Of a stretch of DNA of 39,598 nucleotides, positions 28,475-37,664 are shown piece after piece; position 1 is the stretch's first letter; the number at the start of each line of letters is the position of its first letter. The position numbers and the translations under genes were made by a program. Source of the DNA: Armatimonadota bacterium. Its GTDB lineage: Bacteria; Armatimonadota; Fimbriimonadia; Fimbriimonadales; GBS-DC. The stretch covers positions 1 to 39,598 of the forward strand of contig PSLB01000004.1 of the NCBI GenBank assembly GCA_040289385.1, given 5' to 3'. Under the pieces are notes generated by a model, which saw nothing but the letters and a program-made list of their open reading frames with translations, did no database searches and was not told the origin of the DNA.

Positions 28475-28858
28475 CTACTCTTCGCCCTCAAAAAGGGCCC
28501 TAACGCTCACTATCCAGTATTCGGGAATACCTGCACGGGCATAAACCCTGCTCTTGATATTACGGTCGTAATCGATGGAGGTATCGGCGACCTCGATGAT
28601 AAGCAAGGCTGTCGTGGGGTGGCGCTCCCGATAGCCGTTGGGCTTGCCAGGCACCACAGCAATATCTGGCAATAACTCGCTCTCGCCAATGCGGAGGGCG
28701 TTCTGCACGCGTATGTAGTAGCCTTTCTTCTTGGTCGTGCGATACAGCACCTGCAAAGCTTGATCTACTGTGCATCCGTGCTCAGGTCCAATAGGTGGCA
28801 TTTGGAGAATGGCTCCTTCTAATAGCTCGACGCGGGTATCGGGCGGAAATACCCCCAA
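28475..28858 (-). CDS. Uma2 family (DUF820) endonuclease. The open part starts at a TTG; the full-length frame (GTG at 28984) is broken by an in-frame TAG at 28859-28861
   Basis: RVELLEGAILQMPPIGPEH...PDIAVV...LLIIEVADTSIDYDRNIKSRVYARAGIPEYWIV is the Uma2 core. Upstream in the same frame, ...LRIVPELFHQMG-TAG-LGVFPPDT continues the family N-terminus. TAG is used as a genuine stop by other genes in this window. Confidence 0.7.
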   Translation of the reverse strand: MGVFPPDTRVELLEGAILQMPPIGPEHGCTVDQALQVLYRTTKKKGYYIRVQNALRIGESELLPDIAVVPGKPNGYRERHPTTALLIIEVADTSIDYDRNIKSRVYARAGIPEYWIVSVRALFEGEE

Positions 28859-29187
28859 CTACCCCATCTGATGGAACAGTTCAGGAACAATGCGGAGCGG
28901 TGCAGGGCGTCCGTCCCCCTGAGACAGGGGACGAGACGGTTCGGATTCCGTCTGGACTTGGGTGGAAACAGCACTTATAGCCACTTCGAGTATACCCCGA
29001 TCACGGGATTGTCCATTCCTTAAACAACAAGGAGGCGCAAAGCGGTTTCAGATTTTTGTCTGTAAGCATCTTGTCGAGGCGTCTGTGGGCAGGTCAATCG
29101 CATTCCACTTGGTCGCCATATTCGGGCAGGCGGGTCTGCCAGCCGAGCGTGTTGCGGATGATACCCCAAGCGGGGTACACTTTGGAT

Positions 29188-29769
29188 ATGCGGATTTACA
29201 CGCGTACGGGCGATCAGGGCGAAACGGGGCTGATAGGGGGTCAGCGTGTGTCGAAGGATGACCCGCGCGTTTGCGCCTATGGCAGTGTGGACGAATTGAA
29301 TGCGGTTTTAGGCGTGGTTCGGTGCTACTTAAACGACGGGGAGCTTTCGGCGATTGTGGAGCGGATTCAGAACGAGCTGTTCGATATTGGGGCAGAGTTG
29401 GCTTCCCCTCCAGAGCGAGCGAGCCAATTTTCCGCAATTGACGAATCGCACATCGTGGCGATGGAACAATCGATCGACCGATTCGAGGAGGAGTTGCCTC
29501 ATCTGCGCCAGTTCATTTTGCCCGGTGGAACCCATAGCTCCGCCTATCTGCATTTGGCACGCACGGTGTGTCGGCGTGCCGAGCGCGAGGTAGTGCATCT
29601 AAGTCGATCCAGCACGGTGAACGCCGTGCTTGTGCGCTATCTTAATCGTCTCAGCGATCTGTTGTTTGTGATGGCACGAGTAGCGAACCATCGTGCAGGG
29701 GTGCCCGATGTCGTTTGGGGGGAGCCGGGTTGGCGTCGCAAGCGGCAGGGAGGTGAAAGCCAGCCGTGA
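29188..29769 (+). CDS. PduO-type ATP:cob(I)alamin adenosyltransferase
   Basis: MRIYTRTGDQGETGLIGGQRVSKDDPRVCAYGSVDELN..., FILPGG and ARTVCRRAER are present. Confidence 0.9.
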   Translation: MRIYTRTGDQGETGLIGGQRVSKDDPRVCAYGSVDELNAVLGVVRCYLNDGELSAIVERIQNELFDIGAELASPPERASQFSAIDESHIVAMEQSIDRFEEELPHLRQFILPGGTHSSAYLHLARTVCRRAEREVVHLSRSSTVNAVLVRYLNRLSDLLFVMARVANHRAGVPDVVWGEPGWRRKRQGGESQP

Positions 29770-30758
29770 GAGCTTCCTACGCCCATGTTGCCGACTACGC
29801 TGGCTGGATGAACCTCACAGAGTGGGGCATCCTTCAGGTGCGCGGCGCCGACCGAATCCGATTTCTGCAGGCCCAACTGACCAACGACCTGCGGGCTGCC
29901 GCGCTGGGAGGCGGTCTCTTCGCGCTTTTCTGCACACCCACTGGGCATGTGCTATCCGATACGGTAGTTCTGCTAACGCCCTACGAAGCGCTTTTGATTC
30001 TCCCGCCTGAGACCCACGCCTCCATTTCCGACAGATTGAACGATGCGATTATCTTGGACGATGTGGAGGTATGCCCCCAACATGAAAGCCTCGGGCTGTT
30101 GAGCCTTCAGGGAAGCCAGGTGGATGCGGTATTGGAAGAACTGGAGATGGAACCCCCTCCGCCTGCCCCGCTCACCCACCACCTTCAGTATTGGCAGGGT
30201 GCCGAGATCCGCCTCGCCCGACATGACCGAACAGGCTTCGGCGGAGTAGACCTATTGGTGCCCTATACGGTGATGGAGACGCTCCAAACTGCGCTAATTG
30301 CCACGGAATGCTGGCGCATCGAAGAGCCTTTAGCGGAGGTGCTGCGCTACGAAGCGGGCATTCCACGATGGGGCATAGATATGAGCGCTCGCACCCTCGC
30401 TGGCGAGATGGACGAACCGTTCGTGCGCACGCACATCTCCTACACGAAAGGGTGCTATGTAGGGCAGGAAGTGCTGATGCGGATCCACGCACGCGGACAT
30501 ACGAACCGCACTTGGGTTCCGATGCAGATTGAGGGCACGGTTGTCCCCCCTGCAGGCACTGCAGTTCAGGCGGAGGAGCGTCCTGATGCGGGCGTGCTGA
30601 CAGGAGCAGTCCCCTCACCCGCGTTGGGCGGGGCGATTTTAGGCTGGGGGTTCGTGCGCAATGCCTACATCGATCCTGGCACGACGCTCCAAATTGCGGG
30701 CGAACCGCCTGCCTTAGCCACGATTTTGCCTCACGCTCCCCGACCTGCCCAGCGCTAA
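29766..30758 (+). CDS. ygfZ: YgfZ/CAF17 folate-binding protein (GcvT-like fold)
   Basis: ILQVRGADRIRFLQAQLTNDL and the signature YTKGCYVGQEV. The start is either the GTG overlapping the upstream stop (GTGA) or the ATG at 29808. Confidence 0.8.
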   Translation: MRASYAHVADYAGWMNLTEWGILQVRGADRIRFLQAQLTNDLRAAALGGGLFALFCTPTGHVLSDTVVLLTPYEALLILPPETHASISDRLNDAIILDDVEVCPQHESLGLLSLQGSQVDAVLEELEMEPPPPAPLTHHLQYWQGAEIRLARHDRTGFGGVDLLVPYTVMETLQTALIATECWRIEEPLAEVLRYEAGIPRWGIDMSARTLAGEMDEPFVRTHISYTKGCYVGQEVLMRIHARGHTNRTWVPMQIEGTVVPPAGTAVQAEERPDAGVLTGAVPSPALGGAILGWGFVRNAYIDPGTTLQIAGEPPALATILPHAPRPAQR

Positions 30759-30772
30759 GGTATACTCGCACC

Positions 30773-31744
30773 ATGCAGGGCAAGCGCACTGTACCGTATC
30801 GGATAGAGGGCAGTCCCGACCCCCTCCATGAGCCGATTACCGATCCCCTCTACAAGGCGGTCTTCCCCTACCGAGTGCAGGGGTATTGGGAAGCAGCGGG
30901 GCGGGTGCTTTTGTTTGAGGTGCACGCCCAACGCCAACCCCTCTATGCGTATGCCGAACGCGCATGCCGTCTGCTTTTGGAGTGTTATCAGCTGGCGCAA
31001 ACACGGCTCGGTTTAGAGCATTCGCTTCGTTATGGGCAGACGCTCCGCGTGTTTCTGATGGTCGAGGGCAAGCCCGGCGCCGAGCAACAGCAGAATCTCC
31101 TGTATCTGTATGACCTCACCGAGCAGGTTCCCCCGCGCGAATGGGTGCGCGAACTGACCCACGAGTACGGACACTGGATTATGCCCCCTATCAACTCTTT
31201 CGTCGAGCCGGAGGCGTGGGCGAACGGTGATTTGGGTGAGCGGTGGTTTCTCTATCACCTATGGGAGGGCGTGCAAGCGGGGGCGATTCCCACCTCGGTG
31301 ATCATGGGCGCCAGCGTGGACGATCTGGAACGCTATCTCCGTCGAGCCTACCACCCACTGGTGGAGCGTGTGGCACGCGAGGGATTGAACTCGGCTCGAT
31401 GGCGTTCACGCCGACGCGCAGGCTATGAGGAATATCTCGCGCTTGCGCTCTACGCAGATCGGATCTACGGGAGTGCCCTTCTGGGGCGCGCGATGCGAAT
31501 CGCGGGAGGCGTCGAGCCCGACGATTTCCTCATGGGACTGCGTGAAAGCCTGCTGGAGCGTGAGACGCTCACCGTACGCCTGCCGACGAACCCCTGCTGG
31601 TTGATACTTCCCGCTGGGCTGAAGTTCTGGCAGGTTGCGGCACCGCACCAAGCCCAACTGACCCCCGATCCGAAACGCCCCGATTGGGTACGCGCCCAAT
31701 CGCCGACTCCCGAACTCACGCTCCGTCAGAGGCACGCACGCTAA
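30773..31744 (+). CDS. Hypothetical protein with an HExxH motif (possible zinc metallopeptidase of unrecognised family)
   Basis: 323-aa ORF with coding-like composition and a single LTHEYGHW motif. I recognise no other family signature. Confidence 0.6.
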   Translation: MQGKRTVPYRIEGSPDPLHEPITDPLYKAVFPYRVQGYWEAAGRVLLFEVHAQRQPLYAYAERACRLLLECYQLAQTRLGLEHSLRYGQTLRVFLMVEGKPGAEQQQNLLYLYDLTEQVPPREWVRELTHEYGHWIMPPINSFVEPEAWANGDLGERWFLYHLWEGVQAGAIPTSVIMGASVDDLERYLRRAYHPLVERVAREGLNSARWRSRRRAGYEEYLALALYADRIYGSALLGRAMRIAGGVEPDDFLMGLRESLLERETLTVRLPTNPCWLILPAGLKFWQVAAPHQAQLTPDPKRPDWVRAQSPTPELTLRQRHAR

Positions 31745-32769
31745 GGTACGACGAGTACCTTCAGTGCCTCAGCACGGCGCAAGAGCGCATAGCCTTCTGG
31801 CGCCTGTGACAGCGGCAAGCGGTGGGTGATGAGTTCCGCCACAGGCAAGCCCCCATGTAATAACTGAACCGCCTGACGCATTTCTATAGGACCTGCGGAG
31901 TAGGAAGGAATCAAGCGCACCTCTTGGAAGTAGAGCGCGTACCCGTCGAGAGCGTAGCGGAGATCTGGCGGGGCGGGTGTGAACAGCACGATTGCTCCAT
32001 CGGGAGCCACTATCTTCCAGCCCAGATCGAGCGCATCGAGCGTGCCAGGACCCACGACGACCACTTCGGCGCCCTGACCATCCGTCTGCTTGCGCATGGC
32101 TGCTATGGCATGCGCGGGCTCAGGGGCTTCTACAGGCACTGCCCCCAGCGATTCGGCAACCTGCAGGCGGTGCGGTAGCCGATCGATTGCGAACACCTGC
32201 TGGGCTCCCCAAGCCCGCGCCAACAACAGATGGAGCATCCCCATGACCCCCATGCCGATTATGGCGACCGTTGCCCTGTGTAGGCTTCCTGCCCGCCGAA
32301 GCGATTTGACCACGCATGCCAATGGCTCGGTAAAAACCGCCACCTCGTCGGGCATCGTGTCGGGAATAGAAATGAGGTCGGCGCGCACAATCTCTGGTGG
32401 TACCAAAAATCGCTCGCTCAGCCCACCGGGTTCCAGCCGTGTTGCTCGCCAGGTAGGGCAGTGCACAAAGGCGCCCCGCCGACACAGAGCGCACTGACCG
32501 CACGGGGCATGATGATGCACCACGACCCGCTGCCCTTCGCAAAACCCTTTTACTTCCGAACCGAGCGACTCAATGATCCCCACCAGCTCGTGTCCTGGCA
32601 CAAGGGGTGCCTTTTGGCGGATGTACCAGTCCATCACCTCACCCGTGCAGAGCCCACATGCGCTCAGGTGCACCAGCACCTCACCTTCAGTGGGCAGGCG
32701 CAGAGGGATCTCTTGCCACTCAAAGCGTCCATCGGGTAGGAATCGCCAAGCGTGGGTGTAGAGTGCCAC
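31741..32769 (-). CDS. Zinc-dependent alcohol dehydrogenase family (MDR) oxidoreductase
   Basis: CGLCTGE, the GHELVGIIESLG catalytic-zinc motif, the structural-Zn cysteines C..C..C.......C, and the GxGxxG-like IIGMGVMG. Confidence 0.85.
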   Translation of the reverse strand: MALYTHAWRFLPDGRFEWQEIPLRLPTEGEVLVHLSACGLCTGEVMDWYIRQKAPLVPGHELVGIIESLGSEVKGFCEGQRVVVHHHAPCGQCALCRRGAFVHCPTWRATRLEPGGLSERFLVPPEIVRADLISIPDTMPDEVAVFTEPLACVVKSLRRAGSLHRATVAIIGMGVMGMLHLLLARAWGAQQVFAIDRLPHRLQVAESLGAVPVEAPEPAHAIAAMRKQTDGQGAEVVVVGPGTLDALDLGWKIVAPDGAIVLFTPAPPDLRYALDGYALYFQEVRLIPSYSAGPIEMRQAVQLLHGGLPVAELITHRLPLSQAPEGYALLRRAEALKVLVVP

Positions 32770-32770
32770 C

Positions 32771-33625
32771 TTACACCTCCAGCCAGCGTGGGGTTGTCAT
32801 AGGCACGATGCCCGCCTCGGCACCACGACGCAGAAACTCCGTAATCGCCAGTCGCCCCCGCATTCCCATATCTAGGGTCAGGTCGTTCACATACATCTGC
32901 ACGAATCGGTCGGCAGTGGCCGGGTCTATCCCGCGTCCGAAGCGCATGGCATACGCCATCGCCTGCTCACGGTTTTCCAGACCCAGCCGAATGCTTTCGC
33001 GAACCACCCGCGCGATCTCGCGCTGAACCCATTCAGGCAAGTCCGCGCGCACCGCGTTGATCCCCAACGGGAGAGGCAGTCCCTGAAGGGTGTCGGTTGA
33101 CCAAAGTGAGCGGGTCTGCTCTTGCCACCACACTCCAAGATCGACGAGGGTGTGCAGTCCTGCGGTGCGATGGGTCAGTTGTCCCTCATGAATGAGCAAG
33201 CCCACAGGCACATGCCCCGCCAGCACTGCGAGCATAATCTCGTCGAAGGGCATCTCTATCGTTTGGGCTTCGGGGAGCAAGAGGCGCAACGCTAAGTAGG
33301 CACTGGTAAGCCGTCCGGGAACGGCTATCGTATATTCGGCTAACCGCTCTAACGGGATCGGCTCGCGCGCCACCAGCATGGGACCGTAGCCATCCCCGAA
33401 ACTTCCCCCTTGATTCAGCACTCGGTAGCGGTCTGCCACATAAGCAAGGTTATGCACCGACATCGCCGTGAACTCTAATCGCCCTTGGCGCGACCACTCG
33501 TTTAGAGTCTGAATATCGCGTAAGACATGCTCGAACTGCAGTGGGGTCTCCACCCGCCCTTCCGCGAGGGCCCAGAACATGAAGGCGTCATCGGCGTCGG
33601 GGCTATGACCGAGGCGGATGATCAT
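32771..33625 (-). CDS. MqnA/MqnD/SBP-fold family protein (futalosine-pathway menaquinone biosynthesis-like)
   Basis: MIIRLGHSPDADDAFMFWALAEG... resembles the MqnD/DUF191 N-terminus. A GGAGG RBS is present and an ATGA overlap joins it to the upstream gene. The longer ORF start at 33772 lies inside the upstream gene. Confidence 0.65.
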   Translation of the reverse strand: MIIRLGHSPDADDAFMFWALAEGRVETPLQFEHVLRDIQTLNEWSRQGRLEFTAMSVHNLAYVADRYRVLNQGGSFGDGYGPMLVAREPIPLERLAEYTIAVPGRLTSAYLALRLLLPEAQTIEMPFDEIMLAVLAGHVPVGLLIHEGQLTHRTAGLHTLVDLGVWWQEQTRSLWSTDTLQGLPLPLGINAVRADLPEWVQREIARVVRESIRLGLENREQAMAYAMRFGRGIDPATADRFVQMYVNDLTLDMGMRGRLAITEFLRRGAEAGIVPMTTPRWLEV

Positions 33626-34368
33626 CGTCCTGCCTCCGATTTGTGGGCAAGTGTCTGCTTCTTGGCGTCGTTGAGCCCTTGCACGATGGTCTCGGCGATG
33701 GAGGGATCGAAGATGGGCTGGATTTGCACATCGGAGCGTTGGAGCGCGGAGAGTCGGCTCAGGAGCCACCAACTGCCGGCTACCTCCGAGCGAATAATTG
33801 GCGCTGCCCAGAACTGGTCACCAATTTTGATAAGGAGTCGTTCGTCTCGGGGTTTCTCTCCGAAGGTGCGGAAGCGTGCAACTCGTTCGCGTGCATAGTG
33901 CCACAGTCGGGCGCGCCCCTCCGGAGTGAGTTTGAGGTGGACGACTGAGAAGCCCGGCCGGGCACGCAAGGTCTCCGCTTCGCGGGTCTCCACCCACCCC
34001 TTCTCGATGTGGGCTTCGGTTAGCACCACAGGGCACACTTTGGCGACCTCTTCGGGGTCTATCCGTCGGGCATCTTGGGGGTCATCGCCCTCACCCGTTT
34101 CGGGGTAGTAGCCGGGTCGGGAGAGGCTGACCTCGCGCAACTGCTCCACCACTTTGGGGATTTCATGCGTAATGCGGATTCGCCATCGACGCGCCTCCAT
34201 CTGCTCCGATGGGAAGCCCAGAACCGTAAAGGCAGAGGGTTGGAGTGGGGTCAGCGTCATCCGAGTGGTTTGGTAGTAGCCCCAGCCCAGGTTGACCAGA
34301 TAGACCAATACCAACACCCCAAGCACAATTCCAGCCAATCGTACTGTCCTCTGACGACTGGTGTCCAT
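33622..34368 (-). CDS. Membrane-anchored hypothetical protein (single N-terminal TM helix; the C-terminal part is faintly SecD-head-like)
   Basis: 248 aa with TM helix LAGIVLGVLVLVYLV. It is translationally coupled to the mqnA/D-like gene. Confidence 0.55.
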   Translation of the reverse strand: MDTSRQRTVRLAGIVLGVLVLVYLVNLGWGYYQTTRMTLTPLQPSAFTVLGFPSEQMEARRWRIRITHEIPKVVEQLREVSLSRPGYYPETGEGDDPQDARRIDPEEVAKVCPVVLTEAHIEKGWVETREAETLRARPGFSVVHLKLTPEGRARLWHYARERVARFRTFGEKPRDERLLIKIGDQFWAAPIIRSEVAGSWWLLSRLSALQRSDVQIQPIFDPSIAETIVQGLNDAKKQTLAHKSEAGR

Positions 34369-34471
34369 AACGATGGGAATTGTACCCTATAGGGTAGGAT
34401 GGGGCGATTCTCGAAATTGGAAGCCTCCAGCGAACACTTTCTCCGGCAAGATGGGGTATAGTAGAGGCGCT

Positions 34472-34765
34472 ATGAGTCAGCCGTACGCACGCTTGAGTGC
34501 AGGAGTTCTGCTTGCGCTGATGCTTGCTTGGATAGCAGGCATCCTTCTGCACCCGCTGACGCATCACCCGCTGGAAGCATCCAACGACTGTTTCGTCTGT
34601 ACGCTCCAGCACACGCCAGCCAACTCCGATAACCCGAGCGAGCAGCTCCTCCGTGCGATTGCGCCACCTCCAGTGGAATCTGGAGTTCGGGTCTCGTCGG
34701 AGGTGCCGCTGCGAATTGGTCTTACTCTGCTTCAGCCTCTTATCCCCCGTGCCCCCCCTGCCTAA
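34472..34765 (+). CDS. Small membrane protein with His-rich and CxxC motifs (hypothetical)
   Basis: 97 aa: TM helix LSAGVLLALMLAWIAGILL, then HPLTHHPLEASNDCFVCTLQH. An alternative start is at 34451. A TATAGT box at 34457-34462 lies 9 nt before the ATG. Coding status is unverified. Confidence 0.4.
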   Translation: MSQPYARLSAGVLLALMLAWIAGILLHPLTHHPLEASNDCFVCTLQHTPANSDNPSEQLLRAIAPPPVESGVRVSSEVPLRIGLTLLQPLIPRAPPA

Positions 34766-34924
34766 CCGCCTGTAAAACACGCCTACATTCCCTAAATCTT
34801 CTTTCTTGAGAATGCCCCTTATTGGGCAGGAGTCCGAGTCGTTGTAGGCGTTGTTCCTTACTCTTTTGGCAATTCCTTGCATGCCTTTTGGCACAGATTC
34901 TCGACTCACGGGAGGTTCAGCACT

Positions 34925-35854
34925 ATGCGCAAATGGGCAGTTCTTTGGGCAATCATGGTGGTGCTACCAGGCGTCGCCCAGCATGAGAACGACCTACTGT
35001 TTGGGGCTTCGGCGGGGCGAGCCACCATCATCCAGCCCGTCCCACACCCGGTGCGCCAGATGAGTCCGGTTGTGGGCAACTTTGTGCTGGATGTTGGGTT
35101 AGATTTCTACTTCGAGCCTGACACGGGTCTGCCTCAGCTTCAGTCGTGTCGCGTGCAACAGGTCTGGATCAGCCCTGGATTACTGGGTACGCGGTCTGGC
35201 ATGGGCACGGTTTTCTGCGAGGCAGGGTGCCAAAACTACTTCGACCTGCCGACTCGGGGCACTCCGCACCACCATCTGCTTTTCGCGGTGAACACAGCAG
35301 GCGTTTATGTGTGGGATGTGCGAGCCGTGCGTGCCCGCGATCGCAACGGAGTTCCACTCGCTGACATGGACGGGGTGTACCGCATCTATATGGTTGCGGG
35401 CACCCCGCGGCGGGTGTACGGCGATGTGGTCATCCGTTCCGCCTATCAGGGCGATCCGTATCTGCGCAGGCTCACTATCGCTTTACGCCGGAACGGACAG
35501 TTCCTTGCCCAGCAGACCCAGCCCCCCAACCCCAACGCCATCTATCCCTACATGGTGGGTTTCACTCAGTCAGGCACGGTGGATCTCGTCGCAAAGCTGG
35601 AAGGACACCTCTCCCGCCGCATCCGAGGCTTCGCCCTTACAGGAGCCCATCGGATCGATTGGGAGTTCACTGTCGCAGGCGACATCAACGACGATGATGT
35701 GATCGACGATGCCGACCTGCTGCAGGTGCTGCTCGCCTTCGGACAATCGGGAGCCAACCCTGCGGATGTGAACGGCGACGGTGTCGTAGATGAAGCGGAC
35801 CTACTGGTGGTGCTATTCAACTACGGCGCCACAGGGGAAGGCAGCCAGCCCTAA
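34925..35854 (+). CDS. Secreted protein: unknown His-rich N-terminal domain, a beta-sandwich and a dockerin-like double repeat
   Basis: Signal peptide MRKWAVLWAIMVVLPGVAQ, then HENDLLFG.. The N-domain is paralogous to the next gene. The C-terminus reads INDDDVIDDADLLQVLLAFG...VNGDGVVDEADLLVVLFNYG. A GGGAGG RBS is present. Confidence 0.75.
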   Translation: MRKWAVLWAIMVVLPGVAQHENDLLFGASAGRATIIQPVPHPVRQMSPVVGNFVLDVGLDFYFEPDTGLPQLQSCRVQQVWISPGLLGTRSGMGTVFCEAGCQNYFDLPTRGTPHHHLLFAVNTAGVYVWDVRAVRARDRNGVPLADMDGVYRIYMVAGTPRRVYGDVVIRSAYQGDPYLRRLTIALRRNGQFLAQQTQPPNPNAIYPYMVGFTQSGTVDLVAKLEGHLSRRIRGFALTGAHRIDWEFTVAGDINDDDVIDDADLLQVLLAFGQSGANPADVNGDGVVDEADLLVVLFNYGATGEGSQP

Positions 35855-35877
35855 ATTACGCAACATAGGAGGTACGG

Positions 35878-36480
35878 ATGAAACAGTGGCTAACTTTCGG
35901 TATGAGCGCGTTCTTAGCGGTTCTGTTAAGCGTTTCGTTCGCTGATCACCATGAAGATATCCACTTGGGTATTCGCGACGGCTCTGCTGCGGTTGTAGAA
36001 CCGCATGAATTAGCTGACCCACCTTATACCACCGAGCGGATGTTCGAAGAGTTGATACCAGGGCTGTTCGGCACCGACGTCGGCTGGGATTTCTACACGG
36101 AGTCGGGCGCTTCCCATCCGCAACTGCGGCGGGTTACGGTGCGCCAAGTCTTCATCTCCAACGGGCTTTTTGGCGTGCTGGAAGGGCAGTCAGACCCCCT
36201 GTTCGGGGTAGGCGCGCCGGGCGTCTGGACCCTCGAATACGACCCGAACGACCCCGAATCGGTGCATCAGCACATCATCTTCGCCAGCACGACGCTTCCC
36301 GACCACCACAACCCGCTCCGCTTCCAGTTCGAGCTGATCGACGCGCTGGATTGGCACGGCAACCCTGTGGGCAACTCGGTGGTCTACACCCTGCAGTTTG
36401 TGCCCGAGCCTGCCTCGCTGACGGCGCTAGGGGTAATGGCGTTGCTGGGGCTTCGGCGCCGCACCCGGAGGAACCCATGA
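35878..36480 (+). CDS. PEP-CTERM-anchored paralogue of the preceding protein
   Basis: Signal peptide ending SVSFA, then DHHEDIHLG. Blocks shared with 34925-35854 are DVGxDFYxE...PQL...V.QVxIS.GLxG and HxHxxFA. The C-terminus VPEPASLTALGVMALLGLRRRTRRNP is a canonical PEP-CTERM sorting signal. Confidence 0.8.
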   Translation: MKQWLTFGMSAFLAVLLSVSFADHHEDIHLGIRDGSAAVVEPHELADPPYTTERMFEELIPGLFGTDVGWDFYTESGASHPQLRRVTVRQVFISNGLFGVLEGQSDPLFGVGAPGVWTLEYDPNDPESVHQHIIFASTTLPDHHNPLRFQFELIDALDWHGNPVGNSVVYTLQFVPEPASLTALGVMALLGLRRRTRRNP

Positions 36481-36878
36481 AAGTCGCCTATGTCTTTATC
36501 TCACCCCGTGCCGCGCCCTACAAGTTAGGGCAGATGATTCTGCCCCAACTTGAGGCGGGAACACACGGCGTGGAGGTAGTCGGGATGTTCTTCTTCGATG
36601 ACAATGTTTACACTCTGCGTCGTGGTGACCCCATCGGGGAGCGCTTGGCTCGTGTGGCACGCGAGAAAGGGATTCTCCTGATGATGTGCGACATGTGCTC
36701 ACTGGAACGCCACTTGGCACACGGCTCACCGCGCTGGTGCGACTCTTCCGGACACGGGCGTACCGAACCCGCTGAATGTCGCCCTACCGACACCGTCGAG
36801 GGGGTGCTGGTAGGTTGCTTCCCTTGCCTATACCGTGCCCTTGCAACTAATCCACCCGATCAGGTGATTTCGCTCTAA
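36477..36878 (+). CDS. DsrE/DsrF-like (sulfur-relay fold) family protein
   Basis: 133 aa: MKVAYVFISPRAAP...HGVEVVGMFFFDDNVYTL...GILLMMCDMCSLERHL...DQVISL. An ATGA overlap joins it to the PEP-CTERM gene stop. Confidence 0.65.
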   Translation: MKVAYVFISPRAAPYKLGQMILPQLEAGTHGVEVVGMFFFDDNVYTLRRGDPIGERLARVAREKGILLMMCDMCSLERHLAHGSPRWCDSSGHGRTEPAECRPTDTVEGVLVGCFPCLYRALATNPPDQVISL

Positions 36879-36894
36879 GTCGGGTGCGTAGACC

Positions 36895-36924
36895 CCCTCA
36901 GCCTCGTCTCGGCGAGGCTGAGGG
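36895..36924 (+). terminator. Perfect 12-bp hairpin after the DsrE-like gene (CCCTCAGCCTCG-N6-CGAGGCTGAGGG), no U-tract
   Basis: Read directly 17 nt after the stop codon. Confidence 0.4.
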
Positions 36925-36939
36925 CAGTCGTGACGTCCT

Positions 36940-36959
36940 CCCCTCAATCAATTGAGGGG
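36940..36959. promoter_or_regulatory. 20-bp palindrome CCCCTCAATCAATTGAGGGG, 25 nt upstream of the pseudopilin start
   Basis: Perfect dyad read directly. It is either a hairpin or a dimeric-regulator site. Confidence 0.3.
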
Positions 36960-36983
36960 CATCCTTACAGGAGGTGATCACAG

Positions 36984-37664
<681 letters not shown>

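Noticed and set aside
28859-28861. In-frame TAG in Uma2 as evidence of stop-codon reassignment or programmed readthrough.
   Set aside because: TAG terminates several well-supported genes in this window (ends at 2335, 21372 and 22260). A simple nonsense mutation, or use of the downstream TTG start, is more parsimonious.
29000-29187. Possible cobalamin riboswitch upstream of the PduO-type adenosyltransferase, prompted by GGGCAGGCGGGTCTGCC.
   Set aside because: The conserved B12-box and GCCACTG-type core elements are not present, and I could not trace the multi-helix junction. Part of the region is the broken Uma2 N-terminus.
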